Shown here: positions 20,221-30,832 of the stretch, piece by piece
Layout of the letters: the number at the start of each line of letters is the position of its first letter
Numbering within the stretch: the stretch's first letter is position 1
Assembly: GCA_963764715.1 (NCBI GenBank)
Contig: CAVXTP010000022.1
Coordinates: 192,001 to 256,000 of the forward strand
Length of the DNA stretch: 64,000 nucleotides
Reading direction: 5' to 3'
Source of the DNA: an uncultured Acidobacteriota bacterium
GTDB lineage: Bacteria > Acidobacteriota > Thermoanaerobaculia > UBA5066 > Gp7-AA6
Translations under genes and position numbers: made by a program
Notes under the pieces: model-generated
Database searches by the model: none
What the model was told of the DNA's origin: nothing
What the model saw: only the letters and a program-made list of their open reading frames with translations

Positions 20221-21344
20221 GCGGCCTTCCCCTTCCAGCGGATGACGCCGTCCTTCAGGAGCTTCTGGAAGATCACGAGGACGTCGAGCTCCTTCATCGG
20301 CGAGATCTTCATGATCGACTTGACGTCCCACTGTCCGTTGATCCGCGACAGCACGAACCCTTCGTGGGGCGAGAAGGAGAGCTTCGTCAGCGAGGCGAGC
20401 GGGACGGCGAGCTCCGGGACTTTGTCGCCCGAGACGCCGTCCCGGTCGAGGGCGGCCTTGATCGCCCGCTCGGCCTCGCGGAGTGCCTCGGTCGTGCGGC
20501 CGTCGCCCTGGTCGAGCTCGTGGGCCGCCTTGAACAGGCGATAGGCGGCGTGGGGATCGTCCTTGAGCTGGGAGCGGCCGCGCTGGAGGAAATGGTCGAT
20601 CTCGCTCGCTCCGGCCGGCAGGTCCGGGGTGGCCGGCCGCCGGGGCCGCTTCTCGGCCAGGCGCATCGTCCCCGTGCGCAGGCCTTCCGAGATCAGCTTG
20701 GAGACGATGAACTCGGCGTTGTGGGTCTGGAGGGCGATCTCCTCGATCGAGCGCTGGCCGTCGATGTACGGGATGATGAGCTTCTCGCGGTCGCCGACCG
20801 AGTCCATGTCGAGGGAGCGGATGATGTCGGGGACGACGCTCGAGTCGGGGACCCGCTGGCGGATGAGCTGCCACTCGTCGTAGCGGCGCATCCCTTCCAT
20901 GATGATCCCGGTGACGTCGAGGGAGAGGGGCACCATCTTCTGGTCCGGCATCTGGCCGTCGACGAACTCGAAGCTGCCCTCAGTCCAGAGGAAGACGTCG
21001 TAGATCGACTCCTCGGCCTTCTTGCGCATCAGGCGGAGAAGGTCGGTTTCGGCGATGGCGTTGATCATGACGAGGATCTTGCCCAGGAGGATCTGCGACT
21101 CCTCCTGGACCTCCATCGCCATCTTGAGCTCCTCCTCGGTGATGAAACCGTTGGAGACGAGGAAGTGCCCGAGGTACTCGCGTTGATCGGAGGAGGAGGT
21201 GGACGCGATGCGGCCGTCCTGGAAGTAGATGCGCTTCTCGACGCCGTGCCCGTCGATGAGCAGCGTGCCGGTCTTCGAGCCGAGGGAGAGCCATTGAAAC
21301 AGCTCTCCCAGCTGCATCGTCTTGAGATTGCCGGTGATTCCCAA
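20217..21344 (-). CDS. DUF4388 (PatA_N-like) domain protein
   Basis: GNLKTMQLGELFQWLSLGSKTGTLLI N-terminus, LGHFLV/LGKILV repeats, W.EGSFEF, IDGQRSI and INGQWDV winged-helix-like repeats. Confidence 0.8.
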   Translation of the reverse strand: MGITGNLKTMQLGELFQWLSLGSKTGTLLIDGHGVEKRIYFQDGRIASTSSSDQREYLGHFLVSNGFITEEELKMAMEVQEESQILLGKILVMINAIAETDLLRLMRKKAEESIYDVFLWTEGSFEFVDGQMPDQKMVPLSLDVTGIIMEGMRRYDEWQLIRQRVPDSSVVPDIIRSLDMDSVGDREKLIIPYIDGQRSIEEIALQTHNAEFIVSKLISEGLRTGTMRLAEKRPRRPATPDLPAGASEIDHFLQRGRSQLKDDPHAAYRLFKAAHELDQGDGRTTEALREAERAIKAALDRDGVSGDKVPELAVPLASLTKLSFSPHEGFVLSRINGQWDVKSIMKISPMKELDVLVIFQKLLKDGVIRWKGKAA

Positions 21345-21422
21345 CGGTGATGTCTCGAGCCCGGTATTTTAGCGCAAGAGACTGAGGGCCCTGGATTTCG
21401 GGGGTTCGGCGATACGGAGAGG

Positions 21423-21494
21423 AGGCAGGAGGCGGGAGGCAGGACGCAGGACCGACTGCTCCCTGCCGCCTGCCTCCTGCTGCCTGCTTCCTGC
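21423..21494. repeat. inverted heptamer tandem-repeat element (AGGCAGG-like x4 / CCTGCCT-like x5)
   Basis: aggcagg aggcggg aggcagg acgcagg ... gccgcct gcctcct gctgcct gcttcct, at the stop of the acyl-CoA dehydrogenase gene. Confidence 0.8.
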
Positions 21495-22669
21495 TACTCC
21501 ATCGGCGGGTTGTACGACGCCACCCCGGTGACCGCCTCGCCGATGATCAGCGTGTGGATGTCGTGCGTGCCCTCGTAGGTGTAGACGCTCTCGATGTTGG
21601 CGAGGTGACGGAAGACGGGGTACTCGTTGACGACGCCGTTCGCCCCGAGGGTCTCGCGGGAGAGCTTCGCGCACTCCCGGGCGACCCACACGTTGTTGCG
21701 CTTGGCCATCGAGACGTGGTGGGGCTTCATCGTCTTGTCGTCCTTCATCCGGCCGAGGCGCCAGGCGAGGAGCTGGCCCTTCGTGATCTCCGTGATCATC
21801 CAGGCCAGGCGCTCCTGGACGAGCTGGTGCGCCGCGATCGGACGGTCCTTCCACTGCTTCCGGCTCTTCGAGTACTCGAGCGCGCAGCCGTAAGTCGCCA
21901 TGGCGCTGCCGAGCGCGCCCCACGCGATGCCGTAGCGCGCCTGGGTCAGGCAGGAGAGGGGGCCCTTGAGGCCCTCGACGCCCGGCAGGACGTTCTCGGC
22001 CGGGATGCGGCAGTCCTCGAAGGCGAGCTGCGACGTGACCGAGGCGCGCAGCGACATCTTCCCCTTGTGCTCGAACGTCGAGAACCCCTTGGTCCCCTTC
22101 TCGACGAGGAACCCCCGGACGACCCCGTCGAGCTTGGCCCAGACCACCGCCACGTCGGCGATCGAGCCGCTCGTGATCCAGGCCTTGGCGCCGTTCAGCA
22201 CGTAGGAGTTGCCGTCCTTCTTCGCCGTCGTCCGCATTCCGCCGGGGTTCGATCCGAAGTCGGGCTCCGTCAGGCCGAAGCAGCCGAGGGCCTCGGCCTT
22301 CGCGAGCTTCGGGATCCACTTGTCCTTCTGCTCCTTCGAGCCGTAGGCGTAGATCGGAAACATGACGAGCCCCGACTGGACGGACACGAAGGAGCGCAGG
22401 CCCGAGTCGCCGCGCTCGAGCTCCTGCATGATCAGGCCGTAGGAGACGTTGTCGAGGCCCGGCAGGCCGTATTCGGCGATGGTCGAGCCGAAGAGGCTCA
22501 TCGCGGCCATTTCGGGAACGAGCTCCTTCGGGAAGCGCCCCTCCCAGGCCGCGTCCTCGATGATGGGGAGGACCTTGTCGTCGACCCAGGAGCCCACGGT
22601 GTCCCGGACCAGGCGCTGGTCCTCGGTCAGGAGACCGTCGATGTCGAGATAGTCGGCGTGCGAAGCCAA
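21494..22669 (-). CDS. gcdH: acyl-CoA dehydrogenase, glutaryl-CoA dehydrogenase-like
   Basis: YGLIMQELERGDSGLRS, CFGLTEPDFGS, YTYEGTHDIH. Confidence 0.75.
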   Translation of the reverse strand: MASHADYLDIDGLLTEDQRLVRDTVGSWVDDKVLPIIEDAAWEGRFPKELVPEMAAMSLFGSTIAEYGLPGLDNVSYGLIMQELERGDSGLRSFVSVQSGLVMFPIYAYGSKEQKDKWIPKLAKAEALGCFGLTEPDFGSNPGGMRTTAKKDGNSYVLNGAKAWITSGSIADVAVVWAKLDGVVRGFLVEKGTKGFSTFEHKGKMSLRASVTSQLAFEDCRIPAENVLPGVEGLKGPLSCLTQARYGIAWGALGSAMATYGCALEYSKSRKQWKDRPIAAHQLVQERLAWMITEITKGQLLAWRLGRMKDDKTMKPHHVSMAKRNNVWVARECAKLSRETLGANGVVNEYPVFRHLANIESVYTYEGTHDIHTLIIGEAVTGVASYNPPME

Positions 22670-22770
22670 GATGTGCCCTCCCGCAAAGGGCGGAATCCTA
22701 TCCCGGCGGGGCCCTTCCGGGGAAGCGACGTCCGGATCGGCGGCCGGGGCCGGGTTACACTTTTCCTCGC

Positions 22771-23037
22771 ATGAGCGCGTTTCTCGGGGGTTCCGCGTAT
22801 GCCATGGTCCGCGACGTGGCCGACGGCTACGTCATCGCCTCCGAGCTGACGTTCCGGAAGTTCCAGCTCGGGGACTTCCAGGCCTTCGGCGTCGAGGCGG
22901 ACAAGCTCATGCGCGAGATCCGGGGCAACGTGCCCCCGACCGGAGACGTCGAGGCGACGCAGAAGCGGCACCGGCGCATGCAGCGGCTCCAGCAGGCCAT
23001 CACGCTCGCCAACAACGTCCGCACGCGGCTGCGTTGA
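22771..23037 (+). CDS. small hypothetical protein (88 aa)
   Basis: Clean codon usage, TACACT 9 nt upstream, stop overlaps next gene's TTG. Confidence 0.75.
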   Translation: MSAFLGGSAYAMVRDVADGYVIASELTFRKFQLGDFQAFGVEADKLMREIRGNVPPTGDVEATQKRHRRMQRLQQAITLANNVRTRLR

Positions 23038-25400
23038 GGGGAGCCGAAGAGGCACCGCGTCCGCTCCGGGAGACCCTGCTCGCCGGGACCTTCTTTCTCG
23101 CCTACACGATCCTCGCGACCTGGCCCCAGGCGATCCACCTCTCCGACGGGCTCGTCGACCTCCTCGACGCGAAGCTCTCGGCCTGGATCTTCCACTGGGA
23201 CTGGGTGCAGACCCTCCGCGATCCCGCGAACCTCTTCCAGGCCCCGATCCTCCACCCGGCCAGGTACGTGCTGGCGTTCTCCGAGAACCTCTACGGGGCG
23301 GCCGCGTTCGGCTTTCCGCTGCTCGCCGCCGGGGCGTCGGCGGTCACCAACTACAACGTGCTCCTGCTCGGCGGGATGTTCCTGTCCGCCCTGTCGGCGT
23401 GGGCGCTCGCCCGGTACGTGACGGGGGACGCGCTCGCCGCGCTCGCCGCGGGCGTCGTCTACGGGTTCCTGCCGTACAAGCTCGCCCAGCTTCCCCACGT
23501 GCACATGGAATGGGGTCCGTTCCTCTGCCTCGTCTTCCTCTTCCTCCTGCGCTACCTCGATCTCGGTCGCCGCCGGGACGCGGTGCTCCTCGCCGTGGCC
23601 TTCGCGTGGAACGCGATTGCCTGCATCCAGTACGCGTTCTTCACCGGGTTTCTCGTGGTCATCGTGCTCGCCCTCGAGCTCGTCCAGGGCGGTCCGCAGC
23701 GGGGACGCCGCGTCGTCGGGGCGGTCCTCGCCATGGGGATCGGAGCGCTGGCGTTCGTGCCCTTCGCGATGCCGTACCAGAAGGCCTCCGACCTCTACGG
23801 GATGCGGCGAACCGTCGGGGAGATGACGTTTTTCTCGGCCAGGCCCGGCTACTTCCTCTCGGCGGGGGAGCGGAATCGTCTCTGGGGGCCCCTGACCGAA
23901 CGGTTCCGCGGGCCCGAAGGCGACTTTTTTCCGGGGGTCCTGGCGCTCGGGCTCGCCGTCGTCGCGGTCGCGCGCGGCCGGCGGAGGGAGCCGACGGCGG
24001 ACCGTCCGGAGGGCGCCGCATCCACGGCCCGCCGGCGCGCGGCGCGGGGGATGGACGGGGTCATCCTCCTGCTCGTCGCCGTCTGGTTCGCGGCCCGTTC
24101 GATTCCGCACCTGCGCATTGGGCCGCTGTCGCTCGGGGACGCCGGTCGGGTGCAGGTCTTCCTGACGCTGGCCGTCGTCCTGCGCCTCGCGCTCGCGTTT
24201 CCGCAGAGGAGCCGGTACGCGAATCTCGGCGACTTTCTCCGCCGACAAAGCCTCGACCGCCGCGTTCTCCTCCTGCTCGCCGTCGCGACCGCAGGCGTCC
24301 TCGTCGCGCTCGGCGGCAACACGCCGTACTACCGCTTCCTCTTCCTGACCTTCGGCGCGCTGTTCCGGGCGATCCGGGTTGCGGCCCGCGGCGTCGTCCT
24401 GTTCCAGGCGGCGCTCGCCGTCCTCGCGGCCTGGGGACTGTCGATCCTGACGCGCCGGCGGTCGCCCGGCGAAAGGGCGTCCGGCGTGGCCGTGGCGCTC
24501 GCGCTCCTGACCCTCGAGTACCGGGCGTTTCCGATCACGATCTACCCCTACGACTCGAGCCCGGTCCCTGTGTACGAGTGGCTGCGCGCGAGCAACCTCG
24601 ACGGAGGACTCCTCGAGATGCCGCTCGGTTTCCCTCACGACTGCGAGTACACGCTGCGCCAGGCCGAACACGAGAAGCCCCTCGTCAACGGGCACTCGAG
24701 CTTCGCGCCGAAGCCGTACGAGGAGCTGTATCCGCTGGCGCACCAGCGACCCATCCCCGACGCTCTCTGGGAGAAGCTCGAACCCCTGGATGCTCGCCTG
24801 ATCGTCCTGCACATGGACGCGCGCGGCGGGAACGGGCTCGAGCTGCTCGAGTACGTCCGTTTCGCTCGGCGGGGCGTCGAGAAGGGCCGCGTGGAGGCGG
24901 TCGGCACTTTCCCCCACGGCGGCGAGACCGACGTCGTCCTGCGCCCGGTGGGCGCGCCCGCCGTCCTTCCCGCTCCTCCCGGATCCGCCCTCCAGGCGAT
25001 GGACGCGCTCCGCGTCGCCGATGCCCGCATCGCCCCGCCCTTCGGCGACGTGACGTTCCCGGAACCGGTCTGGCCCGGGCAATGGCACGGCGCCTGGGCG
25101 CTGGACGACTCGGGGATCGCCGAGGTCCGGATCGCGTCGGAGCGGGGCACGGAAGGCTCGGCCCTTCTCCACATGCGGATGCCCGGCCTCTTCGAGCATT
25201 TTCCGGACTATCCCGAAGCGAAGGACGACCGGGGGGGATTCGGGTTCGGAATCCCCGACCTCACTCCGGGAACGCACGTGCTGACGTTCACCCTCATCGC
25301 CAACGACGGCGGCCGGACGATCCTGAAGCGGACCGTCGAGGTCCGGCCGCCCCCGACGCCGTCGCCCGCGCGCGTCGGGACTCGCATTCCGGGACGCTGA
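23034..25400 (+). CDS. polytopic membrane protein, YfhO/GT-C-like, with C-terminal Ig-like domain
   Basis: LAFSENLYG motif, many TMs, FFPG, VNGHSSF.P, C-terminal WALDDSGIAEV...PGTHVLTFTL beta domain. Confidence 0.65.
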   Translation: MRGAEEAPRPLRETLLAGTFFLAYTILATWPQAIHLSDGLVDLLDAKLSAWIFHWDWVQTLRDPANLFQAPILHPARYVLAFSENLYGAAAFGFPLLAAGASAVTNYNVLLLGGMFLSALSAWALARYVTGDALAALAAGVVYGFLPYKLAQLPHVHMEWGPFLCLVFLFLLRYLDLGRRRDAVLLAVAFAWNAIACIQYAFFTGFLVVIVLALELVQGGPQRGRRVVGAVLAMGIGALAFVPFAMPYQKASDLYGMRRTVGEMTFFSARPGYFLSAGERNRLWGPLTERFRGPEGDFFPGVLALGLAVVAVARGRRREPTADRPEGAASTARRRAARGMDGVILLLVAVWFAARSIPHLRIGPLSLGDAGRVQVFLTLAVVLRLALAFPQRSRYANLGDFLRRQSLDRRVLLLLAVATAGVLVALGGNTPYYRFLFLTFGALFRAIRVAARGVVLFQAALAVLAAWGLSILTRRRSPGERASGVAVALALLTLEYRAFPITIYPYDSSPVPVYEWLRASNLDGGLLEMPLGFPHDCEYTLRQAEHEKPLVNGHSSFAPKPYEELYPLAHQRPIPDALWEKLEPLDARLIVLHMDARGGNGLELLEYVRFARRGVEKGRVEAVGTFPHGGETDVVLRPVGAPAVLPAPPGSALQAMDALRVADARIAPPFGDVTFPEPVWPGQWHGAWALDDSGIAEVRIASERGTEGSALLHMRMPGLFEHFPDYPEAKDDRGGFGFGIPDLTPGTHVLTFTLIANDGGRTILKRTVEVRPPPTPSPARVGTRIPGR

Positions 25401-25410
25401 GGCCGGCGAC

Positions 25411-26799
25411 TCAGGGGCCGTCGGGCGAGGCTTTCGCGCGGAGCGAGGCGTAGAGCCCGGGGTCCTCGATCCAGGCTCCGTCCCGCCGCCGCCAGATCGT
25501 CGCGTGCCGCCGGAGAATCTCTCGGGCGTGGGCGATCTCCGGGTCGAAGCGGCCGATCGAGTGCGGCGTTGCGACGCCGTAGAGCTTGTCGAGGCCGGGA
25601 AGGAACCAGTAGGCGGGCTCTTCGCTGTAGACGAGCCGGTCCGGGTATGCGAGGTAGAACCGGCCTTCCGCTTCGCTGTCCGCCAGTCGGTCGAGCCAGT
25701 ACCGCCGCGTCGTCACCGTGCCGGGAATGACGACCGCCAGGACAAGCGCGAAAGCCACGGCCCGCGTGGCGCGGCTCGCGAAGCGGCCCAGCAGATACGC
25801 TCCGGCGAGGAGCACGGTGGTCTGGAGGGCGAAGACGGCGCGGTACCAGGTTCCCGGCGTCTCGTGGGTCAGCAGCACCGCCGGGGCCGTCGGGTAGGTC
25901 GCGGCGAGACCCGCGGCCAGGACTCCGAGAAAGAGAACGACGGGTCTCCACCCGGAAGGCTTTCGCAGGGCCGCCACCGCGAGCGCGGCGAGGCCGGCGG
26001 CGAGGATCCATCCCCGGGGGCTGACGGCGAGCGTGTCGGGCAGGACGCGCAGATAGCGGAGGTATTCCTGGAGCGACCAGGGCGGATGAGGGTAGTCCGC
26101 GCCGGAGCCGAGGATCGCGATCCGGTACCCGCCGTAGCCCGCGGCGAGCGCGATCGCCGCCGCGCTCCAGCCGAATCGTCGATGCGCCAGCGCGTAGAGA
26201 AACACGAACGCGGGGATCGCGGCGGCGTACGTCTCCTTGGAGAGCATCGCGGCGGCGGCGCAGCCGAGAAAGAGCGCGGCCGTCGACGCCCGGGGCCGCG
26301 CCTCACGGCAGAGGAGCCGGAGCTGGTCGGCGGCGAGGAGGCTCCAGCCCAGGCCCTCCAGGTACTGCCGCGTCCCCAGGTAGTAGTGCACGGCGAGCGT
26401 CGAGGGCAGACAGAGCCAGACGAGGGCGGCGGCCGCGGCGACGAGGGGCTCGACGTCGAAGCGCCGGAGGACGACGGCGATCAGGAACGCGACGAGGACC
26501 GTGGAGACGAGCTGGTGGATCCGCGCGGCCCGCGGCGAGACGCCGAAAGCATGCGTGTCGATCCAGAAGGACAGGACGTGCATTGGGACGAGGGACGCTC
26601 CGGTGCCCCAGCGGTGGAGGACGTTCGGGTCGAGGAAGATGTCGATTGGATTGTCGACCGCGGCGGCCGCGGCGTAGTGGTGGGGATCGTCTTCAAACCA
26701 CCACTTCGAGGTCGACTGGAGGTAGAGGCCGCAGAACGCGAGGGCCACGAGCGCGACCGAGAGCCCCAGGACCCGGCGGCGTTCGGTCGGACGGAGCAC
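25411..26799 (-). CDS. polytopic membrane protein, GT-C-like
   Basis: WWFEDD acidic loop after TM1, AMLSKET motif, about 10 TMs; GTG 26799 lies 8 nt after TAGAAT (alternative GTG start 26820). Confidence 0.6.
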   Translation of the reverse strand: MLRPTERRRVLGLSVALVALAFCGLYLQSTSKWWFEDDPHHYAAAAAVDNPIDIFLDPNVLHRWGTGASLVPMHVLSFWIDTHAFGVSPRAARIHQLVSTVLVAFLIAVVLRRFDVEPLVAAAAALVWLCLPSTLAVHYYLGTRQYLEGLGWSLLAADQLRLLCREARPRASTAALFLGCAAAAMLSKETYAAAIPAFVFLYALAHRRFGWSAAAIALAAGYGGYRIAILGSGADYPHPPWSLQEYLRYLRVLPDTLAVSPRGWILAAGLAALAVAALRKPSGWRPVVLFLGVLAAGLAATYPTAPAVLLTHETPGTWYRAVFALQTTVLLAGAYLLGRFASRATRAVAFALVLAVVIPGTVTTRRYWLDRLADSEAEGRFYLAYPDRLVYSEEPAYWFLPGLDKLYGVATPHSIGRFDPEIAHAREILRRHATIWRRRDGAWIEDPGLYASLRAKASPDGP

Positions 26800-26852
26800 G
26801 CCCGGGCATTCTATCGGCACGATTCGCGAAAGCCCTTATAATCCGCGCCCTC

Positions 26853-28145
<1,293 letters not shown>

Positions 28146-28166
28146 GCCGGGCTTCGGCCCTCCCCG

Positions 28167-29573
28167 ATGAGCTCCAAGACCCTGCCCTCCGTCGGCGTCG
28201 TCTCGCTCGGCTGCCCGAAGAACCTCGTCGACACCGAGGTGATGCTCGGGCACCTGCAGCGGGCCGGGCACGCCATCGTCCCCGACGCCGAGGCCCGCAT
28301 CGTCCTCGTGAACACCTGCGGCTTCATCGACCGGGCGAAGGAAGAGTCGGTCGAGACGATCCTCGAGCAGGTCGAGCGCAAGAGGAAGGGCCAGATCGAC
28401 CGGGTCATCGTGGCCGGCTGCATGGTCCAGAAGTACGGCCGCGAGCTTTCGGCCGAGATCCCCGAGGTAGACGCGTTCGTCGGCCTCGACGAGCTCGAGA
28501 ACGCCCCCGCGGCGGCTGCCGGCCTGCCGACGCTGCCGCGCTTCACCGACAAGCCGCTCGCGACCCGCCTCTACGACGAGCTCGCGCCGCGCGTCCTGTC
28601 GCGCCGGCGGGGCTACGCGTATCTCAAGGTCGGCGAGGGCTGCGACAATCCCTGCACCTTCTGCACGATCCCGCAGATGCGCGGCTTCCAGAGGAGCCGC
28701 ACGGTCGCCTCGCTCGTCGCCGAGGCCAGGGCGCTCGAGGCCCAGGGAGTCTCGGAGCTCGTGCTGATCTCGCAGGACACCACCCGCTACGGCGAGGACC
28801 TCGGGATGGGCCGCGCGGGCCTCGCCCGCCTCGTCGAGGCGCTCGCCGCCGGAACGGGCTTTCCCTGGATCCGCTTTCTCTACGCCTACCCGAAGACGCT
28901 CGACGACTCGGTCCTCGACCTGATGGCCGCCGAGCCGCGCTTCCTGCCGTACGTCGACATCCCGCTCCAGCACGTGGCGCGGCCGGTGCTCGCCGCGATG
29001 CGCCGGGGGGGCGACGCGGAGGCCTATCGCCGGATGCTCGACCGCATGCGGGAGAGGGCGCCGGGCATCGCGATCCGAACGACCTTCATCCTCGGGTTCC
29101 CGACCGAAGGGGAGGCGGAGTTCGCCGAGCTCTGCCGGTTCGTGCGCGAGGCCGGGTTCGACAACCTGGGGGCCTTCACGTATTCGCCGGAACCGGGCTC
29201 TGGCTCCGAGGCTCTGGGCGACCCGGTCCCCGACGAGGAGAAGGAGCGCCGCAAGGACTTTCTTCTCTCCCTCCAGCAGCCGATCGCCCGCTCCCGGCTC
29301 CGGGCCCTCCGGGGACGCGAGGTCGAGGCCATCGTCGAAGGCCCGTCGGAGGAGCACGAGTACCTGCTCGACGGCCGCCTGCGCTCGCAGGCCCCCGAGA
29401 TCGACGGCCGGCTCCTCATCACCGACGCCGGCGGCCGGACGCTCTTCCCCGGCGACATCGTGCGGGTCCGGATCGAGAAGAGCTTCGATTACGACGTCAC
29501 GGGAACCGTGGTGGCGTCGGCCCGAGACCGGGCCGCGGACGGCGGACCGCAGACGGCAGACACCGCCCGCTGA
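28167..29573 (+). CDS. rimO: ribosomal protein S12 methylthiotransferase
   Basis: SLGCPKNLVD, NTCGFI, CDNPCTFC radical SAM motif, QAPEIDG TRAM domain. Confidence 0.96.
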   Translation: MSSKTLPSVGVVSLGCPKNLVDTEVMLGHLQRAGHAIVPDAEARIVLVNTCGFIDRAKEESVETILEQVERKRKGQIDRVIVAGCMVQKYGRELSAEIPEVDAFVGLDELENAPAAAAGLPTLPRFTDKPLATRLYDELAPRVLSRRRGYAYLKVGEGCDNPCTFCTIPQMRGFQRSRTVASLVAEARALEAQGVSELVLISQDTTRYGEDLGMGRAGLARLVEALAAGTGFPWIRFLYAYPKTLDDSVLDLMAAEPRFLPYVDIPLQHVARPVLAAMRRGGDAEAYRRMLDRMRERAPGIAIRTTFILGFPTEGEAEFAELCRFVREAGFDNLGAFTYSPEPGSGSEALGDPVPDEEKERRKDFLLSLQQPIARSRLRALRGREVEAIVEGPSEEHEYLLDGRLRSQAPEIDGRLLITDAGGRTLFPGDIVRVRIEKSFDYDVTGTVVASARDRAADGGPQTADTAR

Positions 29574-29596
29574 GAGCCGGCGGGAAGAGCGATTCC

Positions 29597-30559
29597 ATGC
29601 AGGTGATCCGCGATCCGCTCCGCCAGACGGACCTTCCACGCGGCGGCGTGGGCACCATCGGCAACTTCGACGGCGTCCACCTGGGCCACCGCCGGATCCT
29701 CGCGACCGTGGTCGCGCGCGCCCGCGAGGTCGGCCGGACCTCCTTCGCGATCACCTTCGAGCCCCACCCGATGGCCGTCCTCCGCCCCGACCGCGCGCCG
29801 CGGCGCATCCAGACGCTCCGCCAGAAGGAGGAGACGATCGAGGCGATCGGGATCGACGCCCTGCTCGTGATCCCGTTCACCCGCGATTTCTCGCTGACCG
29901 AGCCCGAGGACTTCGTCCGGGGCCTGCTCGCCGAGCGACTCGGCGCCTCGGAGCTCTACATCGGCGCGCACTTCGCGTTCGGCCGGGGCAAGCGCGGCGA
30001 CCTGGCCCTCCTTTCGCGGCTCGGCGCCGAATGCGGGTTCGTCGCCTCGGCGGTGGGGGAGGTCCTCCATGGCGGCGAGCCCGTCTCCTCGAGCCGCATC
30101 CGCCGGGCCCTCGAGCGCGGGGAGATCCCGGAGGCGAACGCGATGCTCGGCCGCGAGTACGAGCTCGACGGCCTCGTGTCCCGCGGCGACCGGGTCGGCC
30201 ACCAGATCGGCGTGCCGACGATCAACCTCGAGCCCGAGAACGAGCTCTCGCCGGCCGACGGGGTGTACGTCACCGAGATCGAGATCCGCTCCTTCGGCCG
30301 CCGGTTCACGAGCGTGACGAACATCGGGCGCCGCCCGACGCTGTACGAGGAGTACCGCACGACGATCGAGACGTTCGTCCTCGACTTCTCGTCCGACGTC
30401 TACGGCGAGCGCGTGCGGCTGTTCTTCCTCGACCGCCTGCGCGAGGAGCGAAAGTTCCCCTCGGTGATGGAGCTCCGCGCCCAGATCCAGCGGGACGTCG
30501 CGTCGACGCGCGACTACTTCGCGGCCCGCCGCGGGACGGACGCTCCGCCGCGCCGGTGA
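29597..30559 (+). CDS. ribF: bifunctional riboflavin kinase/FAD synthetase
   Basis: IGNFDGVHLGH, VSSSRIR, GVPTINL, NIGRRPT. Confidence 0.96.
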   Translation: MQVIRDPLRQTDLPRGGVGTIGNFDGVHLGHRRILATVVARAREVGRTSFAITFEPHPMAVLRPDRAPRRIQTLRQKEETIEAIGIDALLVIPFTRDFSLTEPEDFVRGLLAERLGASELYIGAHFAFGRGKRGDLALLSRLGAECGFVASAVGEVLHGGEPVSSSRIRRALERGEIPEANAMLGREYELDGLVSRGDRVGHQIGVPTINLEPENELSPADGVYVTEIEIRSFGRRFTSVTNIGRRPTLYEEYRTTIETFVLDFSSDVYGERVRLFFLDRLREERKFPSVMELRAQIQRDVASTRDYFAARRGTDAPPRR

Positions 30560-30832
30560 GCCAGACCCCGGGGGCCGACGCGGGCAGGACGCCCCGGGGG
30601 GTGGGGCGGTTCTTCCGGGCGCTCGGGCCCGGAGTCGTCTCGGGCGCGGCCGACGACGACCCGTCCGGGATCGCGACCTACTCGGTCGCGGGCGCGCGTT
30701 TCGGGACGGCGTTGCTCTGGACGGCCTGGCTGACGTGGCCCCTGATGGCGGCCGTGCAGATGGCGGCTGACCCTGTCTGCCGCGACGCTCCTGATGTTCG
30801 CGGCCGCGATCGGGATGTTCGTCTTCCCCTAG
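30556..30832 (+). pseudogene. internally deleted NRAMP-family divalent metal transporter
   Basis: N-terminus LGPGVVSGAADDDPSGIATYS.AGA.FG..LLW...PLMAAVQM joined out of frame (about 30762-30766) to a hydrophobic tail LTLSAATLLMFAAAIGMFVFP*. Confidence 0.8.

Noticed and set aside
21423-21494. Possible CRISPR array
   Set aside because: 7-bp degenerate units with no unique spacers and no cas genes
22771-23037. Identification as RomX because of its 88-aa size
   Set aside because: Sequence lacks the RLARAIASDI-type motif I associate with RomX; size alone is not evidence
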